Positions 1 to 11,871 are shown, counted from the first letter of the stretch. The stretch: DNA of 64,000 nucleotides from Vitrella brassicaformis CCMP3155 (GCA_001179505.1 CDMY01000347.1:411259-475258), one strand, 5' to 3'. The notes: a model not told the origin generated them from the sequence alone. Translations and numbers: made by a program.

Positions 1-739
1 CGGCCTTTCTTTGCCTCACACACACACACACACACACTCACACACACACACACACAGAAGGGCCGTCTGTGTGGGGCGAAGGGGTGGGTGGGTGGGTGGG
101 GTGGGGTCCGACGGAGCGAGTTTTGTCAAGGCTTTGGTCCTCTCTGACTCATTTCTAAGGCTGCTGTCATGATGCCATCCATGGTGCCTGCCTGGCTGTC
201 TGCCTGTGTGCCTGTGCCTCGATCGACGTGACGTATGTGCGGATACTCGTACATTTATAAGACAGACAGACGGACCGGCACTGACTGCAGTGGGGGGCAG
301 GGCAGTTTTTGAAAAGGACCTTACACACCGACCGACCGACCGACCGACCGACCAGCCGATATGTATACGACAGCACGGCAACCATCATTCTCACCAGGCC
401 AGGTCCACACACTCCACTCCATGTCTGCCTTGTCCAGTCCCACTCACTGGCAGAAAGGCAAACCCACCGATAGATCTCGCACATCTCACACGCGCCATGC
501 CATGGGCACTGCAGCAGATATCGCCACAGCGGGTGATTTGATGTATGGATAAATGAAGCTCTCTCACAGGACGTTCCAGAAAGACAGACACATGACACGC
601 ACACAGACACAATGTGATAAACGAGACCAAAGGACAGTGTGTGCCACGCCCGCCACACACGACGAGAAATGTGTGTGGGCCATCGCCCATCTAGAAACCG
701 GCAAGACCTATGACCTACCAATCCCCTGGCTGTGGCCCT

Positions 740-1912
740 TTACTGTGGTGTGGACGTCAGCATCTGGTCGGCCAGCTGCTCCACAGCCTGCACACCGGAC
801 AAGGCTTCCACGGGGTGCTCGATCACACCCACTTGGTGCCTGCACACGACACCCACAGATCGATGTGTTGATTGCCATGAGGTGACTGACATCCTGGCAG
901 GTAGGTACTCACTGTATGGCTCCGACGACGCCAAATTGTCCGCCGAGGAGCCCCAGCGCGCCATCGCCGATGACGCCCAGGGCCAGGTCAAACTCAGCCC
1001 CGGTGTCGCCCTGCCGCGCCTTCTCCAGGCCAGCAAAGAACCCAAAAGTGGCCTTCTTCGGCTCAGCCTTCTCATCCCTCTGCTCGGCACCTGCACGACC
1101 ACCAATGCATAGGCAGGCCGCATAGCATATCGGCGCATATGTGTGTGTGTGTGGTGTGTGGTGTGTGGTGTGTGTGACCTTCTTCCTCTTCTGGAATGTC
1201 TGGCTTCTTCTCTCGGAGCGCCTCGGCCACATCGGTCAGACCGAGGTCCATGACTTTGCCGCCGACAGCGCCGCCAATCATCGCTCCAGGGGCACCACCG
1301 AGCGGCGCGCCAATCAAGCCGAACACGAAGATGCCCGTCGTCCGTGTGGCAAGCTGCAGTGTCTGGGTCGCACCCTGACACAGAGAGAGAGAGGGAGAGG
1401 TGCGTGTGTGCAGGGGTGCTGCACGTACCGTACCTCAGTGTCGCCAAACCCCAGGTGTATCCCGGCGTTGAGATGGCCGACGACGGGGCATGCGTCGACC
1501 GTGGCATTGACCACCTTCCAAGTGCTCCGCAGGAACTCCTTCTGCGTCTGGGTGGCATTGTCACGCTGACCCAGCGACGCCTCTACCAGTGACCGGCACT
1601 GGGAGATCACCACAAAGCAAACATGGCATGGCGGGACCGCACACACAGATATATGGGATGTCGTTGACCGCTTAGCTTACTGCTCCTGCGTGTGCCGTGC
1701 GCCAGCAGTGTCGCCTCGAAGCGCCTGCAGGGGATGATTTGCAGGGAAGGGATGAATGAGCCACGCAAATCAAATCGGAGGGTGAGTCCATTGGATCATT
1801 TCACTCACTGCATGAGTGCAGTGCTGCTTTTTTTGTCTGCCTGACGTACCTGGTACGCCGACTTGACCTGGCTCACGAAGGGCAGGAGATCTGTGAGCGA
1901 CTGCGTCGCCAT
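740..1912 (-). CDS. Multi-exon uncharacterised protein with repeated P(V/F)V(S/G)(Q/H)...GD...A..TQ helical units and glycine-zipper segments
   Basis: Manual splicing: MATQSLTDLLPFVSQVKSAYQ (ATG 1912) / ALRGDTAGARHTQE / CRSLVEASLGQRDNATQTQKEF...PVVGHLNAGIHLGFGDTE / GATQTLQLATRTTGIFVFGLIGAPLGGAPGAMIGGAVGGKV / ...LALGVIGDGALGLLGGQFGVVGAIQ / HQVGVIEHP...STPQ stop at 740. The exon 2 to exon 3 junction does not reconcile in phase with canonical sites. Confidence 0.7.
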
Positions 1913-2761
1913 CCCTCTCAGGCCACCAGCTCAGCTCGCGAAGGTTCCGTGAAACCGCTCTCGGAAGAGAAAGGGAAAAGAAGAAGAGGAGCAAACACCC
2001 GCCAAGCGCAACCAACCGTTGTCAACAAACCACCCAGCTGTCTGCTTCAGTTTGATCAAAAGAGCAGCATCTCTTTCCTTTTCTTGTTCGAAGAAACAGC
2101 CGTACTGTAACAGCCAGAGGCTCTGCCGCTCGTGGTGTATGTGCATCGTCGCCCATGGGCCCTTCGGACCGATAGCTGGCATTTCCGGCACTCTGTGAAG
2201 ACTTGCCGAGGTGTCCCATCGCCGGCCCATCGCCACACCATGGGCAGTTCAGATGTGGGCTGCGTTGGCCCCGCACGGCGGAGGAGGTCACTCGTCGACG
2301 ACTGGGTAGCTGGGAGGGCCACTGAGGAGCACAGCACCGGAGGGAGCCATGCACCTACCGCAGGACGTGATCGATGCTCTCTGTTTGTGATGATGATGAT
2401 GTTGTTGTTTGTGTCGGTGTAGTTCCGCAATGGTTGTCCTTCCCCCCTCCCTCCCTCTCCCATGTCGCCTGAACGCACTCAAGTGAGACGACTATGACCC
2501 GGGCACACACACGCACACGCACACACACACACGCTGTGGTGCGTTCATGCCTGTCGCTCTGTGTTCTTGTCTGTCTGTGGATCGCGCCACCATCGACCAG
2601 GCGCCAATGTCGCTCCCGAGTGCTCGGGTGAGACAGCAGAGCGAAGACACACGCACAACGAGCAGAGCAGCCAACGAGAGCACTACCACGGCACGGCAGA
2701 CAACGCTTCGCTGTCTCTCTCTCTCCTGTCTGTGTTGCCTGTGGTGTGGTTACAGCGTCAG

Positions 2762-5346
2762 ATGAGCCCCTTCGGCACCGACTGCCCCCGCCCGGTGGCG
2801 TCACGTTCTCACACTCAGGAGCCCGTCGATGGCGATGTCTGGTCTGGCGTTGGCAACTTCGAGGAGCATCTGCTGTGGGCCTTGATGCACCGGCGCGGCA
2901 CGAGGCGGCTGCCGGGCTTTCGCCTGGACCTCAAAGTCAGAGAGGTGAGGAGGGAGAAAGGGAGAGAGGGAGGAAAAGCCATCCAGACACACGGAGGGAG
3001 GCACACAGGGAGGGAGCCATGTATGTGTTGGATGTGTGTGTGTTTCCGCACGCACAGCCTGGTGACCAGATCAAGACGGCCCTGTCGCGGAAGCTGCCCT
3101 TCGATGCGGTGCTGTATCGGGTGCCGGACCCCCCGCCCCTCCCCACGTCCCTCTCGTCGCCAGGCATCATCCCACACCCCTCACACCCGTCACTCGCCTC
3201 GCCGTGGAGCGACAGACCCACCCCTGCGGCCGACGCGGACCCCACCGCCATGTGGGCGTCGCAGGTGCCGTACCTGGCTGCTATAGACCTCACACAGGAG
3301 TGCAGCTTCCCCGGGCTCAAGATTCCCGCCAAAGGTGGGTGGGTTGGGTGAGAGAGAGAGCTTGGCGCGGATGGTTTGGTTGATGGATGGATGGATGGTT
3401 GTCTGTGTGTGTGCAGGCAGTGTGCAGCTGATACTGCAGAACCCCGAGGGGACGCCTCTGCGGTGGTTTGTGGTCGACTACGACCTCACCGACATGCCAA
3501 AGGTGCGCACCGCAAGCCATCGGCAGGGCAGCCTGTGGGCACTCTGATGCCTGTGGGCACTACTCTCTCTGTGTGTGTGTGTTTGGCTTGGCGGTCCTTG
3601 TTCAGGGCACCCACACTTTTGTGAGGCAACGAGTGATCGGTGAGAGAGAAAGGGGCACTCCACTGCCCTGCACCCACAAATGTAGTGTGCCTGCCACAAA
3701 CGTTGTGCGTGTGTTCGTGTGTTCAGAGGACGGCCGTGAGTACGCCTGCCAGCTGCACATTGTCTCGCCATCAACCAACCGGTAGGTACCATGGCCACTG
3801 CACTGCCACTAGGGGCCCATGCCATGTGGCATAGATATCAGTCAGTCCGTCTGTGTGTCTGTCTGTCTGTCTTTGTCAGATATTACATCTACGGCGTCCT
3901 CCGTCTGCTCTTCCACCTGCGCGTTGACAACGAACCCAACGAGCCGAGCTCAGACACCCCAAACATCCCCCGCGCCACCTCTCCCCCCTCCCACCCACTC
4001 CCCACACCAACAGCAGCAGCACCCGACTCGCCCCCGCCGGCGCGCAGACACCATCACCACCACCACCACCACCACCACAACCACCACCACCAGCACTATC
4101 CCACATCGCCGTTCAGGTCAAAACGCCCCGCGGCCATCAGATTGCCGCCCGCGGCGGCAAAGAGCGGCGTGTGCGAGACTTCGGAGGGCGACACGAGCAC
4201 CAACTGCTGCGCCGGCTATGACATAGAGCGGGTGGAGGACAGTGGGGGGAAGGGCAAGGGGGGCGTGTTCGTCGGCGGCAGCGGGACCCGCGTCAATCGT
4301 CGGGTCTTGTATGAGTACCCGACCACCAGGGGGGCTGGGGGAGGTGGTGGTGGGCGGTACTTGGCGATGCCGCGGCACGATGTGCGTGCGATGAAGCGGA
4401 TGATCCTGGAGAAGCAGAAGAACAAGTGGGGCGGCAGCCACGCCAGCAGCACTTCCACCTCCACATCAGGTACCTGACGTGACTCCGGAAGGAAGATACA
4501 CACACCAGACAGACGCCACACGAAGGAAGGGCCTCTCTGTTTCTGCCTTTCTGCCTGCCTGCCTGCAGCGGTGCCGTCATCTCCGTGTGAGACCTCGCCA
4601 TTGTCGTCGTGGTCTCCTTCGCCATGCATCTCGCCCCCCGAGTCGCCAAGCTGGCCTCTCGACACATTCACCCTCCCCGGCCACGCACAGGCTGACACAG
4701 AGGGACCCGCCGCAGACGGCAAACGTAAGAAAAGACCTTCCTTCAACACAGACAGGGTGGACAGGGTGGATGCGGCTGTGCGTGTGTGGTGTCCCGTGGA
4801 TCAGTGACGGATTTGTCCAGTCTGTGTGAGACCGACTCGGCCGACGGCGAGTCGCTGTGCTCACTCGGGCCGCCCTCCCCTCCCCTGTCCCTCTCATGTG
4901 CCGTCGATGCCGCCCTCTCACTGCCGGACGCGCAGATCCCGCCATTGCTGATCGACGGCGACACACAGGGGCAGGACAACGTGGTCATCACCATGACTGT
5001 CCAGCCCCACGTGCCCCTCCACCCCTTCGCCACGCCCCCTCCCTCCCGCCCCAATGACCCTCCCGCGGCCCTGGCAATGCGCGCCGAGTCAGAGGACAAA
5101 GTGGCCACCCGATGGTGTGGCGAGAAGGGGCGGATGGTGCGGCTGCAGAAGGGGCGGTCGAGGTCCTTCGAGGTCGAGACACCCCAGAGCAGCGGCGAGG
5201 GCCAGCAGGGACAGGGGAGAGGGCGGTCGGTGTGCAAAGGCACTCAGTCGGTGTGTGAGAGCTGCACGGGGGGACTGCAGAAGACCATCATGGAGGTCAC
5301 GCGGGAACTGCAGGAGGAGAGAGGACAGACAGACCGGCGGTCCTAG
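2762..5346 (+). CDS. FAM214/Atos-like protein (DUF4210 plus Chromosome_seg-type domain) with long low-complexity, His-tract C-terminus
   Basis: Exons read GVGNFEEHLL...GFRLDLKV, KLPFDAVLY, PYLAAIDL, VQLILQNPEGTPLRWFVVDYDLTDMPK, THTFVRQRV, YYIYGVLRLLF. These match my recollection of FAM214-family motifs (GSFEESLL; PY...IDL; NPNKT.VK.F.V.YDL.DMP; TFLRQ). The 5-prime end may extend upstream. Confidence 0.8.
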
Positions 5347-6563
5347 ATAGATGCACTCACTGACTTAGCGTAAAGAAACTGCCTGTCGTGCGAGAGGACA
5401 GACCGGCGCTCCTCGGCGCCTATTTTTTGACAGACAGACGTGGATGGATGGATGGATGGATGGATGGAGATCAGACGGTTTTCCCGGGGCGGGGCGGGGT
5501 TGGGTGGGGCGGGTGTCTTCGCATGTGGGAGTGCGTCGATATGGCAGCTGGCGAGACGTCGACATGAATTCGCGCGTGTGTGAGTGTGCGCATCGAGGAA
5601 TATGGACCGACGATCCCCGTACGTGCGTGTGCCGGACTCTCGCTGCCCGATGGATGGCGGCTGTTCAAGTACACTTGACAGCAGCAGAACACGTGTCTGT
5701 TTGTAGTGTCTGGTTCAGTCAGCTTCGATCAGCACACGCTGGCACCACGTGTGCGTGAGAAATGAGCTCGGCCCTCGTCTGGTACTAGAGATGAGGCCGT
5801 GTGAAGTCAGAGCGAGTTGGTTGTGCAGTGTCTCAGCTGATCGATCATGCGGACGGACATCGGGACGCTCTCTGTGCGTGTGCGTATCTTTTTTGTAGTG
5901 TGAGGCCATGCATGTGCACACGTACACACACCAGGGGTGTCTGTCTGTCTCAAACAGAATCATTACAGTATCAATGACTCAAGGCCTCAATTGGCACGTG
6001 CAGTCCACACAGTCGACAAAGAGAGCGCAACATCCCCAGACGCACCCATGCCATCCATCCTGTCTGTCAACACACACAGCTTAATTGCCTTATGCGCTGC
6101 GCTGGTCTCTCCACTCCAGAAATTAATGGGAAAATCGACGTACGGCAAAAATCCCCAACCAAGGTGCAGATGAAAAAGAGGTGCACGTCTCATGCACAGT
6201 TTCAGTGTCACAAGCATGCCCCACATGCATCACACTCCATGAAGCATGAAACTTACTCTCTGGCTCTACTGATGTTTCAGCATGCATATCAAGGCAACAG
6301 ACAGAACAAGCATCCACAAGCAGAGAGGGAAGACATGGCCACACACATACATACTTACACACAACAAATATACATGTCCTGGGTATGGGACCCTGCATGA
6401 CGGACGGCAAGTAAGGCCGCCACACGACGACAAACTCACTCACTCGACAGCAAAAATCCGACTCACTAGAGGTAAAAACACACGTACGTAGACAGGGAGT
6501 GCATCCATCCTCCTACTACTGCATGGAGACCAGAGCGATCACATGCGCATGCACTCCACTCAG

Positions 6564-7902
6564 CTACGGCGCCATGAGCCCTTCCACGGCTTTCTGCAGG
6601 GCTTCAATCGGGCCCGGCGCTGCGTTGCTGCCACTGCTGCCCTGCTCCAGGCGAGAAATGCGCTCCAGTATGGCGTCATTGGCCTTCATCAGCTCTCCAA
6701 TCGTCTCGTTCATGGCCTCATTGGCCGCCATCAGGTCCGCCTTGGCCCTCTTCAGGTCCTCAATCGTCTCGCTCTGGTCTTCATTGGCCTTGATGATGTC
6801 TTGTGTGACGCCCATTTGCGTGTAGAGCAGCTGTGTAAGGTCGATGGTCATCTCCTCAGCCGGAGCCTCGGCAGCGGCGGCATCTGTCGCCCCTTCGCCA
6901 TTCCCTCCCTCCTCCTGCTCGTCATCATCAGCTTGACGCACGTGTGGCACGAACGTCTTCACAGCCGACGGGAAGATGTGCTGCACCTCAGCAGCGGCCA
7001 GGCCGAGCCGAGCGTCGCCGTCGGCGCGCACACGCAGCTGTCTGAAGGCCTCATAAGCCGCCGATCGGTCGCTGTCGCTCCATTCAGCCATGGAGGTCGG
7101 AAGCTGCTCGCTGTCGGCGCTGTGGATCTCGAACGCGCCTGCAACCGCCCGGCTGGTGATGACTCGAGATCCGCATTCGCACCTGTGAGCGTCCAGTGTT
7201 GGGGCGCGGAGTTCGTCTCGTGCAGTGACATCGTCAGCAGCTTGGACATCGTCATCGGACTGCACGTCCCTTTTTGCTACGACATCACCTTCGTTCACAA
7301 CATACTCTTGGGGGTCGCCCGCCTGCACGCCTGAAAGATAAGCCATCTCAGGGAGCTCCAAAGAACACGTCTGGTCTGTGTAATGGAGCTTACGGCCGCC
7401 AATGACCCTTTCAAAGGCACGCACCACTGGTCCAGCGACTTCCGCACGGGCAATCACGTTCCCTTCCGACATGACGTGGGCACCTTTCGCCTCAATATTG
7501 AAACCGGCCACAATATTTCTCTCAGCAACGACATCGCCATGGTCCGCTGCTTGGTCAGGATCGCCCGCGATAAGGCCTGACCAAGCAGCGTGGAATAAGA
7601 GCTTCGTTCATTTGTCCGTTGAATTCGATCAGCTTACTGTCGAATGCCTTAACGTCGCCGATTGCCTCAACGTCGCCGAATGCCTTAATGTCGCGACCCC
7701 CAACGATGTCACCAGCCGCCCACATGCCGGCCTTCGCCGTCACCATCCGGTCGGCGATGACATTCCCTTCAGCCACAATATCACCGTCGCCCACGAACGT
7801 ATCGGGATTGCCCGCAACGATCTCTGCCAGCACAACCACCACAAGCAAGTAGGTGCATCCAGCGGTGCGTCTGTCTTTCGTCCATTCCTCCGTTTGGCTC
7901 AC
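6564..7902 (-). CDS. Tail-fibre-like repeat protein with peptidase S74/ICA-like chaperone domain and C-terminal coiled coil
   Basis: ORFs 7555-7902 and 6564-7511 join in frame through a candidate 61-nt intron 7637-7577 (GTAAGC...TCAG). Hexapeptide repeats GDIVAE/GNVIAD/GDVEAI/GDVKAF/DDVQAA, then LGLAAAEVQHIFPSAVK...MTIDLTQLLYTQMGVTQDI, then heptads. True start unresolved. Confidence 0.75.
7545..7590. repeat. Perfect 15-bp inverted repeat with 16-nt loop inside the fibre-like gene
   Basis: CGCTGCTTGGTCAGG (7545-7559) is the reverse complement of CCTGACCAAGCAGCG (7576-7590). Confidence 0.95.
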
Positions 7903-8057
7903 TCTTGCAACCGCCGTCGTCCTGACGAATGCAAGCAGTCACACGTTTAGCCCACCCACATGGGTTCAGGCGTGCTCGTCCGGTGTGTTCACGTGTGTGC
8001 CGTTCCTCCGTCATCACTCACCTCTGGCTTCTCCGGGTCACACACACTTTGTCCACG

Positions 8058-9186
8058 ATGGACGGTGAAGGCGAGGCAGACACCGACGAGGAGGGCGAGG
8101 CGAGGAAAGGCCATTCTGTCGGAGAAAGGGATCGGCCGTTAGCGGCGTTAACGGCCAGATGTGCGCGTGAAGCGATGATGAGAAGGGTGAAGGGTGACAG
8201 CTCGTGTTCCAAGGAATTGGCCCGATGAGATCCGCTACCTCGTCACGAGCGTCGCTGAAGATGACTCATGGGATGCCATACCCCGGCAACACATCCCTGC
8301 CTCCGATGGCCTGCAGGGGCTGCGCATCCAGGAGATAACGGACGAGAGCCATCCGCTGGTGGGCGAGTAAGTGAGCGACGCACTCGATGGCCCATCGACG
8401 TGTGTCACTTTCGATGAAGGCTGTGCTGTGCGCTGCATGGTGCGGGGCGGTTGGTGTGTCTGCAGACGGTGCCTGGTCGCTGCGAGAAGGTCAACCAACT
8501 GCAATTAAGAGGAGAAGGAGAGCCACACAGGCTACTTGATCATGGTTTCATGCGATGATTCCATTGTGTTGGGTTGGTTGCCTCCCTGCCTGTCTGTGTT
8601 CTCTTGCAGATGGGAGCCCTTTGAAGTGCTCGGCGAGTAGGTCTGACTGACGTCGATGGAGCAGTGGGTGGATGTGACGTGCTGCCCTGTCTGTCCCCCC
8701 GCCCTTTGTTGTGTTGTGTGCTGCAGGTACACGGGGTACCTGGTCCCGCCGTCACGCGATGGCCCATACGTCTGCAAAGTGAGCGGGTGGGCCGGCCACA
8801 GAGGGCCGACAGATAGAAGTGCTGCTGCTGATGACATGGATTTCTGTGCATTGGCCGCAGTTGGTGCAGGACGAGGCCGACTGGGAAGCTGTGTCGGTCG
8901 ACGCATCCAAGTACGGCCGCTTGCTCATGCGCCCTCCTGTGGTCATCGGCATCCATGTGTGGTGTCCGTCAGGGCCGGGAACGAGCTCCGTTTTGTCAAC
9001 GACTATCGCGGCATCGCGGAGCAGCCCAACGTCACGTTCAGCAGCTGCTTCATCGACGGGCTGCCGCGGACCCTGCTGGTGGTGACGAGGCCTGTGGCCT
9101 TCGGTGAGGAGTTCTTGGCCGATTATGGTCAATCGTATTGGGCGGCGAGGGGTGGTGGCTCAAAGGGGGGCGGGGCAGATGAGTGA
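8058..9186 (+). CDS. Stand-alone SET-domain protein (lysine methyltransferase fold)
   Basis: Spliced exons give ...EVLGEYTGYLV...VSVDASKAGNELRFVNDYRGIAEQPNV...LLVVTRPVAFGEEFLADYGQSYW, matching the SET motifs GEYTG, RFxND and GEEL..DYG..YW. The 5-prime end is tentative. Confidence 0.8.
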
Positions 9187-9430
9187 AGTGAATGGATGCG
9201 GCGAATGTATAGGACGTACAGTTAGCGATGGACGTGTGTGTAAAGGAAACAGATTGCTTGGCCTTCGTTTGGTGCATCTTGATTGACGGATTTCGCGAAC
9301 AGCGTCAATAAGTCACATAAAGCATTCAAGGGGCTCTCTCTGACATATGTGTAGCACAGTAGCATTATCACCATGTACCAGGGCTGAAGCTATGTACAAT
9401 CACACGACCCCAATCTCATTCACCCCCCTG

Positions 9431-10696
9431 CTAGCTGATGTTGTGCTGTTGTACGGGTGGTGCGTCTGGGCCACTCCCCCCGTCGGGCACATCGACCAGA
9501 GCGACGACCGTGACGGCTTTGGTGTGTCCGGTGTAGTCGATGGCCGTCTGGCCCGTCTTAACCTCCCACAGCTTGGCCGTCGTGTCGGACGAACACGTCA
9601 CCACATAGGCACTGTCGCTCGAGAAGATACCGCCCCACACCCACCTGCAACGCAATGGACGGACGCATACGCACAGACACAGCCGGCCACGTGGCGGCCT
9701 GCCGTCACGCCGGCTGAATGTGTGACTTAAGTACCTGATGTGACCGATGAGCGAGGTCTCCTTGGCGAAGCCGTCGACATGATAGCGCCACAGACAGGCA
9801 TTGCCTGACACACAGACGAGAGGGAGTGAGCGACCATTCTCCCCTTCGCCGCCTCGTTGTGTGCGCCTCTCACTCACTGTCGGCCGATGTGGTAATCAGA
9901 TACTGCGACTGAGGGCAGAACCTAATGCGCAGCACTGAACACACACACACCCAGACACACACACATTGACCTTAGACGTCGCTGCCTAGCCCCCTGCTGC
10001 CGTCCACCGTGTGCCACCATCCCATGCTGTCTGACCGTATGCGCTGTGGGCGTCGATTTTCTGCATGGGATCGAGAGTGTCTGGCAGGTACCGCCAGACA
10101 AACAGGGTGCCCTTGTGGTTGGCCGCGGCCGCCAGCCGCCCGTCGGCCGACAGCGCGACGGTCTTGATGGCCACGGCCTTGTCTGGCGCGAGCACCTGGC
10201 GGATGCGGTTGGCACTGAGGTCCCAGACCTGCACGCGGCCCTCCTGGTCGCCCAGCAGCACCTCTGCTTGGTTGGCATGCAGCGCCGCCCCGTGGACAGG
10301 CACCGGCGCGCCGGCCGTGGTGGCCATGGTGGCCGTGGAGGTGCTCTCGTTGTCGAGTGAGAGCTGGTAGCCGGTGCCGCGGCAGTCCCAGATCTTGACG
10401 CTGCTGTCCTCGCTGGACGAGAAGAACCAGCGGCCGGTCTTCTCGAACCCGACGCTCGTAACGTTGCTGGTGTGTCCGTCCATGGTGCTGACGGCCGTGT
10501 TGCTGGCGGATGCCAGGTCGAAGAGCTTCATGAGGGGGTTGCCGGCGCAGAGCACCTGGGTCTTGTCCGGGGTGACCTCCAGGCAGTTGATGTGTGAGTC
10601 ATTGTAGGGGATGGTGCGGAAACACTGACCCAGGTGGGCATTCCAGTAGCGAAGGGTGTGGTCGTATCCGCCGGTTATCAGCAGAGGCAGATCCAT
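9431..10696 (-). CDS. LST8: TOR complex subunit LST8 (WD40), complete 4-exon copy
   Basis: LITGGYDHTLRYW...HINCLEVTPDK...GHTSNVTSVGF...WFFSSSEDSSVKIWD; later exons YLITTSAD, GHIR/WVWGGIFSSDSAYVVTCSSDTTAKLW. Canonical GT-AG introns. Confidence 0.93.
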
Positions 10697-10792
10697 GAGT
10701 CGAATGAGTCTGTCAGCGGTGGCACCCGTCATAGATGCAGCCGCTTCGACAGCGAAATGTCGGCGTCATCGTTAGTATACCTCTTCGGTTCT

Positions 10793-11092
10793 NNNNNNNN
10801 NNNNNNNNNNNNNNNNNNNNNNNNNNNNNNNNNNNNNNNNNNNNNNNNNNNNNNNNNNNNNNNNNNNNNNNNNNNNNNNNNNNNNNNNNNNNNNNNNNNN
10901 NNNNNNNNNNNNNNNNNNNNNNNNNNNNNNNNNNNNNNNNNNNNNNNNNNNNNNNNNNNNNNNNNNNNNNNNNNNNNNNNNNNNNNNNNNNNNNNNNNNN
11001 NNNNNNNNNNNNNNNNNNNNNNNNNNNNNNNNNNNNNNNNNNNNNNNNNNNNNNNNNNNNNNNNNNNNNNNNNNNNNNNNNNNNNNNNNNNN
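10793..11092. other. Assembly gap (300 N). Identical 300-N gaps at 17858-18157, 23923-24222, 26249-26548, 43843-44142 and 58199-58498
   Basis: All six N runs are exactly 300 long, so the length is a placeholder and true gap sizes are unknown. Confidence 0.98.
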
Positions 11093-11871
11093 GAACCTAA
11101 TGCGCAGCACTGAACACACACACACCCAGACACACACACATTGACCTTAGACGTCGCTGCCTAGCCCCCTGCTGCCGTCCACCGTGTGCCACCATCCCAT
11201 GCTGTCTGACCGTATGCGCTGTGGGCGTCGATTTTCTGCATGGGATCGAGAGTGTCTGGCAGGTACCGCCAGACAAACAGGGTGCCCTTGTGGTTGGCCG
11301 CGGCCGCCAGCCGCCCGTCGGCCGACAGCGCGACGGTCTTGATGGCCACGGCCTTGTCTGGCGCGAGCACCTGGCGGATGCGGTTGGCACTGAGGTCCCA
11401 GACCTGCACGCGGCCCTCCTGGTCGCCCAGCAGCACCTCTGCTTGGTTGGCATGCAGCGCCGCCCCGTGGACAGGCACCGGCGCGCCGGCCGTGGTGGCC
11501 ATGGTGGCCGTGGAGGTGCTCTCGTTGTCGAGTGAGAGCTGGTAGCCGGTGCCGCGGCAGTCCCAGATCTTGACGCTGCTGTCCTCGCTGGACGAGAAGA
11601 ACCAGCGGCCGGTCTTTTCCAACCCGACGCTCGTAACGTTGCTGGTGTGTCCGTCCATGGTGCTGACGGCCGTGTTGCTGGCGGATGCCAGGTCGAAGAG
11701 CTTCATGAGGGGGTTGCCGGCGCAGAGCACCTGGGTCTTGTCCGGGGTGACCTCCAGGCAGTTGATGTGTGAGTCATTGTAGGGGATGGTGCGGAAACAC
11801 TGACCCAGGTGGGCATTCCAGTAGCGAAGGGTGTGGTCGTATCCGCCGGTTATCAGCAGAGGCAGATCCAT
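11093..11871 (-). other. LST8: Near-identical second copy of the LST8 5-prime part directly after a gap (probable contig-overlap or haplotype duplicate)
   Basis: From 11093 the sequence repeats about 9918-10792. The only differences I noticed are around the GFEKTG/GLEKTG codons. Confidence 0.8.

Noticed and set aside
1-620. Short ORFs and (CA)n, (GGGT)n, (CCGA)n runs
   Set aside because: Simple-sequence UTR or intergenic DNA with no coding signal.
1770-2015. ORF with apparent signal peptide and RNLRE (PEXEL-like) motif
   Set aside because: It starts at TTG with an in-frame stop upstream and no ATG. The hydrophobic stretch is a pyrimidine tract, and the real gene appears to use ATG 1912 in another frame.
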